Numbered from the stretch's first letter, positions 1-10,098 are shown. The stretch: DNA of 64,000 nucleotides from an uncultured delta proteobacterium (GCA_963706575.1 CAVPNL010000006.1:926519-990518), one strand, 5' to 3'. A program made the numbers and translations. Notes: a model not told the origin generated them from the letters alone.

Positions 1-1182
1 AAAGGTCGCAGTTTTTTTCGTTTCCCGGATCTTGGCCTGCATTTCCTGATATGGATATCGAATCGTCTTAACCGCCGGAAATGTCGACTTAAACACTTGA
101 GCCATCTGGCTGTTGATACGGCTGATGTGTTTATTTAATGTATACGATTCCATTATCAGGGTAAAAAAGAATAGCACCAGTACAGCTGCTGCCAGGATGC
201 CGGTTTTTATTAAGGGGCCTTTATGTTTGGATATAAATTTCTGGGCGGCAAACTGGCCCTTGTGGAAATTAAGGCCATCGTAACCTTCGACTTCCATCAA
301 GGCGAGCGCCAGGGCATTGTCCATTTTGGCCGGAATCCACGGGTTTTCCACCTTACTTTCCATTGGAATGTTCAGACGGTCTGCAATTGAGGCTGTCTTA
401 ACCGGGAGATCGAGTGCCCTGGATAGTTGCGGGATGATATCCGTTTCATCCAGCCCGATTCCATTGGCAAGCACTTCAATAGGTTCAAAATTCAATTCCG
501 ATGATTCCAAAAAGGCCGCCAGCGTTTGCTGGATTTGAGCGCAGAGCTGTGGCGCTTTAGAGGAGCCGGCGGGCGGTAATGGAAACGATCGTATCAGCTG
601 CAGGCGGCCGCCCGCCAGGACAAAAAGGGTGCCGTAGGTATCATCAATTTCGATAAAAAGCTGGTCTTCTTCCGGATCGGCCTGGTTGGCCAGACACAGG
701 GCAGTGGGCAACCCGCTGAGTGTCAGTTTTTCAGGGTCGGCTTGAATGGATGCCAGGGCATCCATATAGGGTGACAATTTGCTTTTTTCAATCGCCGCTG
801 CGATGAGTTCAGTCTGCTCACCGGCCGTGGAGCTATCTAAGGTGTGAAAATCTATAACCAGATCTTCGGCGGCATAGGGCAGAGTGGTTTCGAGTTCAAA
901 GGGCAGAACCATACGGATTTTTTTGGAATTGCTGAATGGGATCCGCAGGTTTCGGAAGATCGCCTGATTGGCGGGGATGGAAACCACATAGTCACTACCG
1001 GTTAAGTCCATTTCTTCCGCCATGGTTTGCAGCGCGGACGACAGGCTTCTTTCCGGGTCTTCGGGACCGGAAAAGGGCAGGTGGATAAAATCTTCCACGC
1101 GGTGTTCCCGCAGGCTGCTGTGTAAAAGCACTGCCGTTACCGTTTCATTTCGGATATCGATGCCGAGGACTTTTCTACTCAT
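1..1182 (-). CDS. gspL: Type II secretion system protein L (PilM/GspL-like), 3' end runs off window
   Basis: Manual translation from ATG 1182: MSRKVLGIDIRNETVTAVLL..., actin-like LGIDI motif, later RNLRIPF...LPFELE...LPY; directly downstream of gspK. Confidence 0.85.
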   Translation of the reverse strand, partial: MSRKVLGIDIRNETVTAVLLHSSLREHRVEDFIHLPFSGPEDPERSLSSALQTMAEEMDLTGSDYVVSIPANQAIFRNLRIPFSNSKKIRMVLPFELETTLPYAAEDLVIDFHTLDSSTAGEQTELIAAAIEKSKLSPYMDALASIQADPEKLTLSGLPTALCLANQADPEEDQLFIEIDDTYGTLFVLAGGRLQLIRSFPLPPAGSSKAPQLCAQIQQTLAAFLESSELNFEPIEVLANGIGLDETDIIPQLSRALDLPVKTASIADRLNIPMESKVENPWIPAKMDNALALALMEVEGYDGLNFHKGQFAAQKFISKHKGPLIKTGILAAAVLVLFFFTLIMESYTLNKHISRINSQMAQVFKSTFPAVKTIRYPYQEMQAKIRETKKTATF

Positions 1183-1314
1183 TAGCCATCTATTTTTTAA
1201 GTTAAAAATTTATTAGATGAAACAGTGAATAAGTTCTACCACGAAAGCACGAAAATTCGAAAACACGAGATTGATAGTTTTCGTGCTTGTTTCTAGTTGC
1301 CTTGGTTCTGATTC

Positions 1315-2400
1315 TCACGAATCAGTTTGATAGCTTAAAATTTTGCAGGACCATTTGCCGGTTTTTTCATTTTTTAACCGTTGGACCACTGCGGTTGTGG
1401 TCAGCACGGAATCATTTACTTTTGCCGTCGAAATAATCCTGAAAATGTCACTTGCCGTGGTGATCAAATTTTTATCCAGATTCATTGCGCTAAATCCGGC
1501 AATGTTTTTATACCATGTTGGGTCCGATAAGTCAGGGGCATCTTTGCCGCTTGCGGCTTCCTGGCGCCATTCGAAAAAGCCCAGGGCCAAGTCCGCGTTT
1601 TCAGACGGCAGCATCGAGACGAGTACCGGAAGCGGTGCGGTGTTGATGTTTATCTTTCCGGTAAAGGTAAACGATGTGCCGGCCCCCGCTGTCATGCCGT
1701 ATACGGTCAATGAGTCCGCTATTGCGGGCGTTTCCGTGCTGCCGTAAAATAATTCGGGCGTGATGCCCTTGACCAGCAACAAATCATTGATGTCCGCTAT
1801 CGGACCGTTGCGACTGCTGTAGGCGGGGCTCAAATCCTGATAATATGTGGATTCGGCACCGCTTAATCCCGTAATGGCTTCATCATCGCCGGAATCAAGC
1901 CAGTCTTTCAGTGAATTGATAATTGCCGGTGGCTGACTGTCTTCCGGCGTTTCTTCACCGGCATCCTTAAAAATGTTAAAATACCGCTCCAGAAGCTGGC
2001 GCTGGGAATCGTTAAAATTCCGGCTGTCGGGAAACGCGACCAGGGCGTTTACCTGAATACGGCCCATTTCGTCGGAAATGGCGACCGAAAGCGTTCCGTC
2101 ATCAAAAGGGATTTCGCTCAGCAACTCGTTTATTTTGTCTGGATTTGCCCAGTCCTCCTGTAAAGAGTCGATATTTGACTCTGCCCGGTCTTTTGCCAGC
2201 AGCGCCATGGCGGCATGAATACCGGAAGTTGCCATTTGAGAAAGGGTCAGGCGATCCCGTGCAGCGGCTGCCGAAAGAACCGCAAAACGTGCCCGACGAT
2301 TGTATTCCAGTGCCGTAGCGACAAGAATGGTTGTTACGGAAATGACCAGCAAAAGGGCAATGCCGCGTTCATTACCGATCGTTTTGGTCATGTTTACCAT
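1315..2400 (-). CDS. gspK: T2SS minor pseudopilin K
   Basis: RGIALLLV prepilin-like N-terminus, DWLDS..D and GKININTA motifs, synteny. Confidence 0.92.
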   Translation of the reverse strand: MVNMTKTIGNERGIALLLVISVTTILVATALEYNRRARFAVLSAAAARDRLTLSQMATSGIHAAMALLAKDRAESNIDSLQEDWANPDKINELLSEIPFDDGTLSVAISDEMGRIQVNALVAFPDSRNFNDSQRQLLERYFNIFKDAGEETPEDSQPPAIINSLKDWLDSGDDEAITGLSGAESTYYQDLSPAYSSRNGPIADINDLLLVKGITPELFYGSTETPAIADSLTVYGMTAGAGTSFTFTGKININTAPLPVLVSMLPSENADLALGFFEWRQEAASGKDAPDLSDPTWYKNIAGFSAMNLDKNLITTASDIFRIISTAKVNDSVLTTTAVVQRLKNEKTGKWSCKILSYQTDS

Positions 2401-2403
2401 TTC

Positions 2404-3246
2404 TTAATCGATTTTCTCCCGGGATACGGGCAAAGACACCATGGTTTCAAAGGTTTGCGATACCTTTTTATTTGCCAATTCCAGTTTTATGGCAATTGCT
2501 TTCGGTGTCGCATAGCCGAATTCATCCGAGTCCGAATCCCAGACATCGAATTCGATCCCATCTTTGTCATAAAATTTAAATGACAAGGATTTGACGTACT
2601 TACACAATGCCGGGTCACTGCCTTTTTCTTCAAATTCAGGATATGGGAAAAGGTTATCCGCCCGTTTCAGCGTCAGATGCCCGTCATCTCCGGCTTTAAC
2701 GTAATATATGATTTCAGCAATTCCTTGTCTGATAATTTTCTCAAAACCAACATGGGCCCGGCTGGTGAATCTTAAATTTTGTGCAAATCCCGTGCCACCG
2801 GAATCAGCGACGGTGGCGACAAATCGATACGGATCCGGCGGCTGATCGAATTCAGGCGGCTTATAAATCGGTCGCTGGGCAACGTGGATCGACTCCAGGT
2901 CAAGCGACATGCGTTTCAGGCAGTTTTTCGCCATTTCATATATATCCGCACTTTCGTCTAACACTTCTGTGGTTGAAAATACGGAATTAAACGATGCCAG
3001 AACAGTCGTCACCACGATTGCCAGTATCGCGGTCGCCACCAGGATTTCCATCAAGGTGAAACCTGCAACTGGTTTCTGGCTAATGGTTTCTGGCCTCTGG
3101 TAGCTGGCTTCTGGCGAATGGCTTCTGGCTTCTGGCTGCCGGTTGCTGTTCGCCAGAAATTTGAAGTCTAAAATGTGGAACTGAACCATAAATAACCCAT
3201 AAATTGGATAATTTAAATCAGACGTTAATCTTATTAAATTCCGCAA
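2404..3246 (-). CDS. gspJ: T2SS minor pseudopilin J (start uncertain)
   Basis: GFTLMEILVA N-methylation motif; lies between gspI and gspK; long repeat-derived leader. Confidence 0.85.
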   Translation of the reverse strand: MRNLIRLTSDLNYPIYGLFMVQFHILDFKFLANSNRQPEARSHSPEASYQRPETISQKPVAGFTLMEILVATAILAIVVTTVLASFNSVFSTTEVLDESADIYEMAKNCLKRMSLDLESIHVAQRPIYKPPEFDQPPDPYRFVATVADSGGTGFAQNLRFTSRAHVGFEKIIRQGIAEIIYYVKAGDDGHLTLKRADNLFPYPEFEEKGSDPALCKYVKSLSFKFYDKDGIEFDVWDSDSDEFGYATPKAIAIKLELANKKVSQTFETMVSLPVSREKID

Positions 3247-3275
3247 TGCGAATTCCGCAATCCGAATTCGAACAG

Positions 3276-3701
3276 CTATTCCCTTTGAAACCGATACGTT
3301 CTTAAACTGTGTGAAAATTGGTTGTTGTTATACGATATAGTGAGGTCGACTTGCTTTAAATCATTGGCAACTTCCCCCAGCACCTCAGAGGATACATCGG
3401 CTACTGAAGTCCGCCAGCTATAGCCCGGGTATTGCTCGCCGAAGTCGCCTGAATCGTTCGGGAAACCGTCTGATGAAAGGGTTTCCAGTTCAGCCATCTT
3501 GTTTTGGGCCAACAGGGGAGCCAGGGTATAAAACCGGGCCGCGGTGTTCATGGTCAAACTCTGGGAGTGCATTCGGTACACGCTCACCAGAACGATTGAC
3601 ATAACCGCCAGGGCAATCATGACTTCAAGCAATGTAAAACCGAATGCGGTTGGTGAAAACCCGGGCAGGTCCTTGAGATATCGATGTTTGAATCCAGTCA
3701 T
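3276..3701 (-). CDS. gspI: T2SS minor pseudopilin I
   Basis: GFTLLEVMIALAV motif; size and synteny. Confidence 0.88.
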   Translation of the reverse strand: MTGFKHRYLKDLPGFSPTAFGFTLLEVMIALAVMSIVLVSVYRMHSQSLTMNTAARFYTLAPLLAQNKMAELETLSSDGFPNDSGDFGEQYPGYSWRTSVADVSSEVLGEVANDLKQVDLTISYNNNQFSHSLRTYRFQRE

Positions 3702-3885
3702 TGGGCGTATACTTTATTATACATCTTCAATCCACACTATTATACAAAATTTGACACCAAATATACAGTTTTATTTATAAAAAATATGGAGAAATTTTTG
3801 TGCTTGAGATTCCGGGCAAAATCGAAGTCGGCTAGTGGATAGAAAGATGGTTTCGGATTTTAGGTTATTCATTTAGACCGCTGAT

Positions 3886-4467
3886 TCAATTTTCAAAACT
3901 GGCATACATCTCGTAGCGAGTCACTTCAGAAATAAAAGGCTCGATCAGATAGGATACATATTTGTCTCCGTCTTGAATGTGGATCAGGACCTTATCCGAG
4001 GTGCCGTTTTTATAAAACCAGATATCGGTCTGCCCCGAATTTATTTTGCCGCGAATGGGGTATTCGATATCAGCGATTTTAAGGCCGCTCGGGAGGGAAC
4101 TGGCATTCAACGAAGCGTTTTCAAGTTCTTCAGCCGACATGGAGGCATCGGTTTCCCAGAACTGTTCCGTATCCAGGTTGATATGTAGCGAATATTGCTT
4201 TTGATTGCGGAGCGCCGCTTCTTTTAATGCCTGAATTTTGCCGATAATCCATCGCGAACCTGTTTTGGTTTTGTCCAGCAACAAGGTTTCATGGAAACGG
4301 GGGACGGTAAAAATGAGCATGATACCCAACAACGACATGACCACAATCAGCTCCAGCAGCGTAAAACCGTTCCGGTGTCCGTTGTCAGTCGTCCGTGGTC
4401 CGTTGTTGAGAGCTATTTGGGTTTTACAATATTCTAATAGCATTTTGAAAAGGTTCAAATCTGACAA
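3886..4467 (-). CDS. gspH: T2SS minor pseudopilin H (start may be ATG 4443)
   Basis: GFTLLELIVV motif; follows gspG. Confidence 0.82.
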   Translation of the reverse strand: MSDLNLFKMLLEYCKTQIALNNGPRTTDNGHRNGFTLLELIVVMSLLGIMLIFTVPRFHETLLLDKTKTGSRWIIGKIQALKEAALRNQKQYSLHINLDTEQFWETDASMSAEELENASLNASSLPSGLKIADIEYPIRGKINSGQTDIWFYKNGTSDKVLIHIQDGDKYVSYLIEPFISEVTRYEMYASFEN

Positions 4468-4473
4468 AATTCT

Positions 4474-4923
4474 TTATTCTATTTCCCAATTGTTAATATC
4501 CTGATCATCCTCCCCTTCGCCGCCGGGTGCGCCATCTTTCCCGTAGGAAATTAAATCAAAGTCGCTATTTACACCCGGGGAAATATATACAAATTCGTTT
4601 CCCCAGGGATCTTTCGGCACCTTGCGCTTTTCGAGATATCCGCCTTCGCGCCATTTTTTCGGTATTACTCCGGTCTCGGGTTTTTCAACCAGCGCCACAA
4701 GTCCCTGTTCAGTTGACGGGTATTCGCCATTGTCAAGTTTGTACATTTTTAGAGCGGTCTCAAAGGTGGTGATATCCATTTTGGCTTTTACGCGTTTTGC
4801 TTTATCGGGTTCCCCCATTATTTTGGGGCCGACGTAGAGTGCCAGGATGCCGAGTATGATCACAACAACCATTAATTCTATTAAAGTAAATCCACGGCTG
4901 TCATGTTTAATCCTTTGAAGCAT
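4474..4923 (-). CDS. gspG: T2SS major pseudopilin G
   Basis: [38 protein letters not shown]. Confidence 0.96.
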   Translation of the reverse strand: MLQRIKHDSRGFTLIELMVVVIILGILALYVGPKIMGEPDKAKRVKAKMDITTFETALKMYKLDNGEYPSTEQGLVALVEKPETGVIPKKWREGGYLEKRKVPKDPWGNEFVYISPGVNSDFDLISYGKDGAPGGEGEDDQDINNWEIE

Positions 4924-5220
4924 ATTTAGTTTGCTCCTTTAAAATTTTAAATGATATGAATGGGTCGCTTAAACGGAAGCATTGACCGCTTGCAATCAAG
5001 GAGTGCCTAAACTCCTAAAACACATATAAAGATTTTTCAACAATAGAATATCAGGTTTCAAAACGTATGTCATCCAATTATCTAACGATGTGTTTCGAGA
5101 CATAAAAAATTTTGTTGATTGCTGAAAGGGAGTCTATTATATAGAATTAGCCAGGGGGGGTTTACCTGCACGCGCATCTGCAAACGATTCTTACCGCCAA
5201 CCCTTAAAATACGTAGCGTC

Positions 5221-6129
5221 ATGACCCTTACAAAAACCGATATTATTGGGGCCGTGTCCGACCGTACGGGATTCAGCAAGAAAAAATCCCGCCTTTCCGT
5301 AAATAGCCTTATCGAAATCATCAAAAGTACGCTTGAATCCGATCAGAACATCAAAATCGGTCATTTTGGCAAATTCGATATCAAAGAAAAGAAAGCGCGC
5401 CCATGGCGCAGCCCCTTTACCGGCAAGATCATGATGCTTCCCCCCCGGCGGGTGGTGACGTTTAAGCCTTTTAAGCGGCTAAAAGATAAAATCAATACGC
5501 AGCCCATCAGCATTGAGCCCCAAGAACGTTCTCGCGCAAAAATTCGTCCGATCCGAACGGGTGCCTTAACAAAGGATGAATTAAAGAAAATTTTAACTGA
5601 GCACAGACGCTGGCTGGATTCCCAGGGTAAAAGCGGGGAAAAGGCCGTCCTGTCGCACGCGACGCTTTTCAGAGCCGATCTGTATGCAGCCAAACTTTCC
5701 TTTATCGACTTTCAAGGCGCTGATCTGCGGGAAGCCGTTTTATCAGAAGCCGATCTCTATGATGCCAATCTTCGGGACACCAATCTGGCCGATGCTGTCC
5801 TTGATTGGGCTAGTCTTGATGGCGCCAAACTTCAGCGAGCTTCTCTCCAAGGGGCTGATCTTCGATGGGCCAATCTTGAAGGCGCCAATTTGTCAGGCTG
5901 CAACCTCCGATTCGCCAACCTGGAAGGTGCCAATCTCAAAGACGCGAAGTTAACTGAGGCGAATCTATATGGTGCGAACCTGACAAATACAGATTTGAAG
6001 GGTGCCATACTGGCCAAGATCAAGCTGGATTATGAAACCCAGTTAAATCTGCCGCAATCCGTTTTCGACAAATACCGGCAAACCTTTCGGATTCTGGAAT
6101 GGTCACCGGCCCTATCACCGTCTTATTAA
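5221..6129 (+). CDS. IHF/HU-family DNA-binding domain fused to pentapeptide-repeat domain
   Basis: MTLTKTDII...FGKF..KEKKARPWRSPFTG..MMLPPRRVVTFKP (IHF-like) followed by A(D/N)Lxx repeats; start moved to ATG 5221. Confidence 0.88.
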   Translation: MTLTKTDIIGAVSDRTGFSKKKSRLSVNSLIEIIKSTLESDQNIKIGHFGKFDIKEKKARPWRSPFTGKIMMLPPRRVVTFKPFKRLKDKINTQPISIEPQERSRAKIRPIRTGALTKDELKKILTEHRRWLDSQGKSGEKAVLSHATLFRADLYAAKLSFIDFQGADLREAVLSEADLYDANLRDTNLADAVLDWASLDGAKLQRASLQGADLRWANLEGANLSGCNLRFANLEGANLKDAKLTEANLYGANLTNTDLKGAILAKIKLDYETQLNLPQSVFDKYRQTFRILEWSPALSPSY

Positions 6130-6441
6130 CTCCAGGTCGACTTTTATAATTCATTCACCTGATCTCGGTAAATATAGCTCATAACTGCTGGCTTACCGGG
6201 TCCATGTACTGTCGTTTTCCGCCATGAGTTGTCCTCCTGGAGCCATGAGCTGTCGCTCTGCACCATGAGCTGGCAAGGCTTTCTTTTTTTATTCACTAAG
6301 CGCTTGCGCCATTGCGGTGTATGGTATAAAATTGTTTTATAATCGCTCATCAAAAATACAGTCACCTGGCCTCTCAGCACATGCCACGCCAGTGCAATTT
6401 CCATTTGTTGCTCTATCCCGATTGGCCGACTTATTAGCAAG

Positions 6442-8784
6442 ATGGCTTCAAAGCGCAAATCAAAAAAATCTGTCTCGAAGATTCCGCCTAAAACGGCAGA
6501 GTATGTTGTCGCGGTGTCCCTGCAGCACCCCAAACTGGGTGCCCGGCGTCTAGTGCCGCTGCTGAAAAAGAAGCGCATACCCGTATCCGCCGCATCCATC
6601 CAGAGCATCCTGCGCCGCGAGGGCCTCCAGAACTGTGAAAAGCGGCTGGCGAAGCTCAAAATGCAGGCACAGAAACCCAAATCGATCCCAAAGAAACCTT
6701 CCGCCAGGATCCCGGACAAAGTTGCCGGGCGTATCGTCGCGGTATCGCTGAAAAACCCTGAGATGGGTGCCCGACGCCTGGTGCCGTTGCTGAAAAAAAA
6801 GCGGATATCCGTATCCGCCGCAACCGTCCAGAGCGTCCTGCGCCGCGAAGGCCTTCAAAGCCGTGACAGGCGGCTGGCGCAGATCAAGAGGCGCGCCCAA
6901 AAGGCCCAAAAACCCAAATCACCGCCAAAGAAGCCTGAAACCAAAATCACCGACGAGGTTACTGATCGTATCGTCGCGATCGCCCTGCAGAACCCCGATT
7001 TCGGCGCCCAACGGTTGCTGCCGATATTGAAAAAGGAAAAAATCCGAATTCCCGCTTCGACGGTCTATGCGGTATTGAAGCGTCATGGTCTGCAGTCCCG
7101 TGCTGCGAGAATGGCGAAACTGGAGGAGCGGAGCAAAGCGGCCCCCAAGCCCGAGTCGCCGCCTAAAAGGACTTTGCCCAGAATCACCGATGAGGTTGCC
7201 GGGCACATTTGCGAGATATCTCTGCAAAACCCCGATTTGGGAGCCAAACGCCTGGCACCTCTGCTGAAAGAACACGGAATATCTGTATCCGCATCGGCTG
7301 TCTATCGTATTCTAAAGCATTACCAACTGCAAACGCTTGCAAAACGGTACGCCAAAGTCGCGAAAATCACCTCGGAACCGGTGATCATTCCAAAGACATT
7401 TCCCGAAAAGATTCCGCCCGAGGTCGAAGACCGCATTTCCGAGATTTCTTTGCAAAATCCCGAATGTGGTTCCCGGCGCCTGATACCGTTATTGCAGCAG
7501 GAGGAAATTTTTGTTTCGGCCTCTGCTGTTTATCGGATCCTGAAGCGCAACAATCTAGAAAATCTGCAAAAAAGGCTTTTGAAACGCGAAGCGCTGCAGG
7601 CCCCGGAGACCCCGCCTGAACCCGAAATAGAGGGGCCCCAAGCTATCGCTGAAGCGGCGGAAATAGAACCGACCGCGGCTGTGGACCAAGGGCCGGAGCC
7701 GGTTTTCGAGCCTGCGGTTACCGTCCCGATTCCGCCCGTGGATAAAGCGCCTGCTCCTGCGGAGGAGCCGGAGCCCACACTGGAACCTGCGGTGGCTGAA
7801 GCCGTTAAAGCCGCTGCACCTGCTAAATCCGAACGATCACCTGTTCGAAAAGCACCTGTAAAAACAATTAGAAAAAGGAGCCACTGGGTTTTCTATCCGC
7901 TCTATCTTCTGCTGTTTCTTCTGATCGGATATCTGGGGTTGCACGCCGTACAGAGCATCCAATATGCCCGGCTGGATACCGAAGCCATGCAAATCGATGC
8001 TTCTGTTGCGGTCGGTGTCGCTGCAAAAACGGTGACCGCCGCGCAGCCTCTTGACGGTTACCGTCAAATCTGGGAGCGCAACCTGTTTAATACCGGCAGT
8101 GTCAAGGAGCCCGATCCGGCGGAAAAAATTGCCCTCGCCAGGCTCGCGCCGGCTAAAAAGGGCCTGGGCCTCGAACTGGTGGGAACGGTGGTGGCTGACA
8201 ACCCCAAAATGAGTCGCGCCATCATTGACAATCGCAGCATTCGAAAGCAGGAAGCCTACCGTGAAGGGGAAACGGCCGGAAAGGTCCGCATTAAAAGAAT
8301 ATTGCGCAACAACGTGGTCATTACCACCGATAAAGGCGACGAGCTGCTCACGGTCGAGATCAAAGAATCCGGCAGAAGCGCTCCTTCCACACAGACACAA
8401 CAAATTGGCAGCCAGTCATCTTCAACCCAACAGGCAACCGGGACCCGGCAGCAAAGCGCCAGAACCAGTTCCATTAGACTCAAGCGCGACGAGGTCGCGG
8501 CTTCCCTTGCCGATATCGACGGATTAATGGAGAAGATGAAGATTGCGCCTCATAAAAGCGGAGATCAAGCGGCCGGCTTCAGGCTTGGCAGTATAACGCG
8601 TGACAGTGTTCTGCGACAAATGGGGCTGCGCAGCCGGGATGTGATTGTGGGCCTAGATGACGAAACAATCACCAGCCCGGATCAGGCCCCGGACTTTTTC
8701 AAAAAGCTTGCTGACGGGGGTGAAGTTACCATCAAACTCAAACGCCGCCGCCGCACCCGCCAGATAAAACTCAACATCGAATGA
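6442..8784 (+). CDS. GspC-like protein (TM + HR domain + PDZ) with five N-terminal helix-turn-helix repeats
   Basis: Five ~60-aa repeats (SLxNPxxGAxRL..L....I.VSAS.V..IL.R..L), Pro/Glu linker, TM WVFYPLYLLLFLLIGYLGL, then ERNLF / LELVGTV / RAII and PDZ-like GLRSRDVI. Confidence 0.85.
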   Translation: MASKRKSKKSVSKIPPKTAEYVVAVSLQHPKLGARRLVPLLKKKRIPVSAASIQSILRREGLQNCEKRLAKLKMQAQKPKSIPKKPSARIPDKVAGRIVAVSLKNPEMGARRLVPLLKKKRISVSAATVQSVLRREGLQSRDRRLAQIKRRAQKAQKPKSPPKKPETKITDEVTDRIVAIALQNPDFGAQRLLPILKKEKIRIPASTVYAVLKRHGLQSRAARMAKLEERSKAAPKPESPPKRTLPRITDEVAGHICEISLQNPDLGAKRLAPLLKEHGISVSASAVYRILKHYQLQTLAKRYAKVAKITSEPVIIPKTFPEKIPPEVEDRISEISLQNPECGSRRLIPLLQQEEIFVSASAVYRILKRNNLENLQKRLLKREALQAPETPPEPEIEGPQAIAEAAEIEPTAAVDQGPEPVFEPAVTVPIPPVDKAPAPAEEPEPTLEPAVAEAVKAAAPAKSERSPVRKAPVKTIRKRSHWVFYPLYLLLFLLIGYLGLHAVQSIQYARLDTEAMQIDASVAVGVAAKTVTAAQPLDGYRQIWERNLFNTGSVKEPDPAEKIALARLAPAKKGLGLELVGTVVADNPKMSRAIIDNRSIRKQEAYREGETAGKVRIKRILRNNVVITTDKGDELLTVEIKESGRSAPSTQTQQIGSQSSSTQQATGTRQQSARTSSIRLKRDEVAASLADIDGLMEKMKIAPHKSGDQAAGFRLGSITRDSVLRQMGLRSRDVIVGLDDETITSPDQAPDFFKKLADGGEVTIKLKRRRRTRQIKLNIE

Positions 8785-8871
8785 CCCGGGCAGTGATTTA
8801 ACATTCTTTGATCGCAGAGATGGGTTCTGATTAGAAGTGGTTTCAAAACCACTTATAGGAAAGGTGCCCAA

Positions 8872-10098
8872 CTAACGGATCAGCTGATTCATTTCAAAGA
8901 TGGGCAGGCAAATCGAAAGCACGATGAATCCGACTATGCAGCCCATTACCAGGATCATGACCGGTTCCAGGTAAGACGTCAGCCTCAGGATGCTGTTTTC
9001 GGCCTCTTTTTCAAAAATATCGGCAATTTTATTGAGCATGCCTTCCAATTCACCGCTTTGCTCTCCAACCTGAATCATCTGGATGGACAACTGCGGAAAA
9101 ACCTTGCTTTCGTTCAACGCCGCCCATAACGCCTGCCCTTTGCCGACCTCCTGGGCTGCTTTTTGCACGGCATTGGAAATCAACACATTGCCGGCGATAT
9201 TTTTGACGATATCCAGCGCAATTAACATGGAGACGCCGTTTTCAAGCAGAGAACCCAGTGTCCGGGTAAAGCGGGCGACCGCCAGTTTTTTTACCAAAAC
9301 GCCAAAGACCGGCAACGAAAGCAGGGTTTTATCGTAAACGTAACGACCGTTTTCGGTTTTCTTGACGCGATGCAGGGTGATGCCGGCACCAATTACGATC
9401 ATAAGGATAACCCACCAAAACGATTTAAAAAATTCACTTAAAAAAATGAGCAACCGCGTCGGAGTCGGCAGGACCTGGTTCATGTCCATAAAAATAGCGG
9501 TGATACTGGGCACAATGTAGGTTAAAAGCACAAACAACACCAGGGTACCGATGATACACATGAAGAGGGGATATGCCAGGGCGGTTTGAATACGATTGCT
9601 TAAATCCTGCGCTTTTTCGGTAATGTCTGCCAGGCGTTCAAGCACAATTTCGAGTGTGCCGGAAGTCTCGCCGGCGCGGACCATGTTGATAAACAGGGGG
9701 GGAAAAATTCCCGGATACTGCGATAAGGCCTGCGCAAAATTCTGGCCTTCAACAATGGCATCTTTAACCTGGGCCAGTACCGTTTTAAGGCGACGGGATT
9801 TGGTTTGGGGCACCAATGCATCGATTGCAGAGACCAGCGGGAAACCGGCGCTAATCAATGTTGCCAGCTGCCGGGTCATTATGGAGGTTTCGGCGGGTTT
9901 GACCCGGGTCAGATAGCGCGACAGACCAAGGTTTCGGGACGCTTTTTTTACCGGCTCCTCCTGGGATTCTTTGATGGCAACCGGGAAGATACCGCTTGAG
10001 CGTAATTTCTGGCGTGCGGCACGTGCACCGTCGGCGTCGATAATACCGGAGGTTGTTTTTCCTTTGGCATCCAGTGCCGTATATTCATAGACGGGCAT
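8872..10098 (-). CDS. gspF: T2SS inner-membrane platform protein F
   Basis: MPVYEYTALD; RQLATLI.AG.PL; AGETSGTLE; VGEQSGELE; LEP motifs. Confidence 0.96.
   Translation of the reverse strand: MPVYEYTALDAKGKTTSGIIDADGARAARQKLRSSGIFPVAIKESQEEPVKKASRNLGLSRYLTRVKPAETSIMTRQLATLISAGFPLVSAIDALVPQTKSRRLKTVLAQVKDAIVEGQNFAQALSQYPGIFPPLFINMVRAGETSGTLEIVLERLADITEKAQDLSNRIQTALAYPLFMCIIGTLVLFVLLTYIVPSITAIFMDMNQVLPTPTRLLIFLSEFFKSFWWVILMIVIGAGITLHRVKKTENGRYVYDKTLLSLPVFGVLVKKLAVARFTRTLGSLLENGVSMLIALDIVKNIAGNVLISNAVQKAAQEVGKGQALWAALNESKVFPQLSIQMIQVGEQSGELEGMLNKIADIFEKEAENSILRLTSYLEPVMILVMGCIVGFIVLSICLPIFEMNQLIR

Noticed and set aside
6144..6719. 191-aa minus-strand ORF and similar long antisense ORFs in the track
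   Set aside because: Shadows of well-supported genes on the opposite strand, with no motifs
6442..7600. IS481-family transposase or IS element
   Set aside because: Only HTH-like repeats; no DDE domain or terminal inverted repeats seen, and the ORF continues in frame into TM and GspC domains
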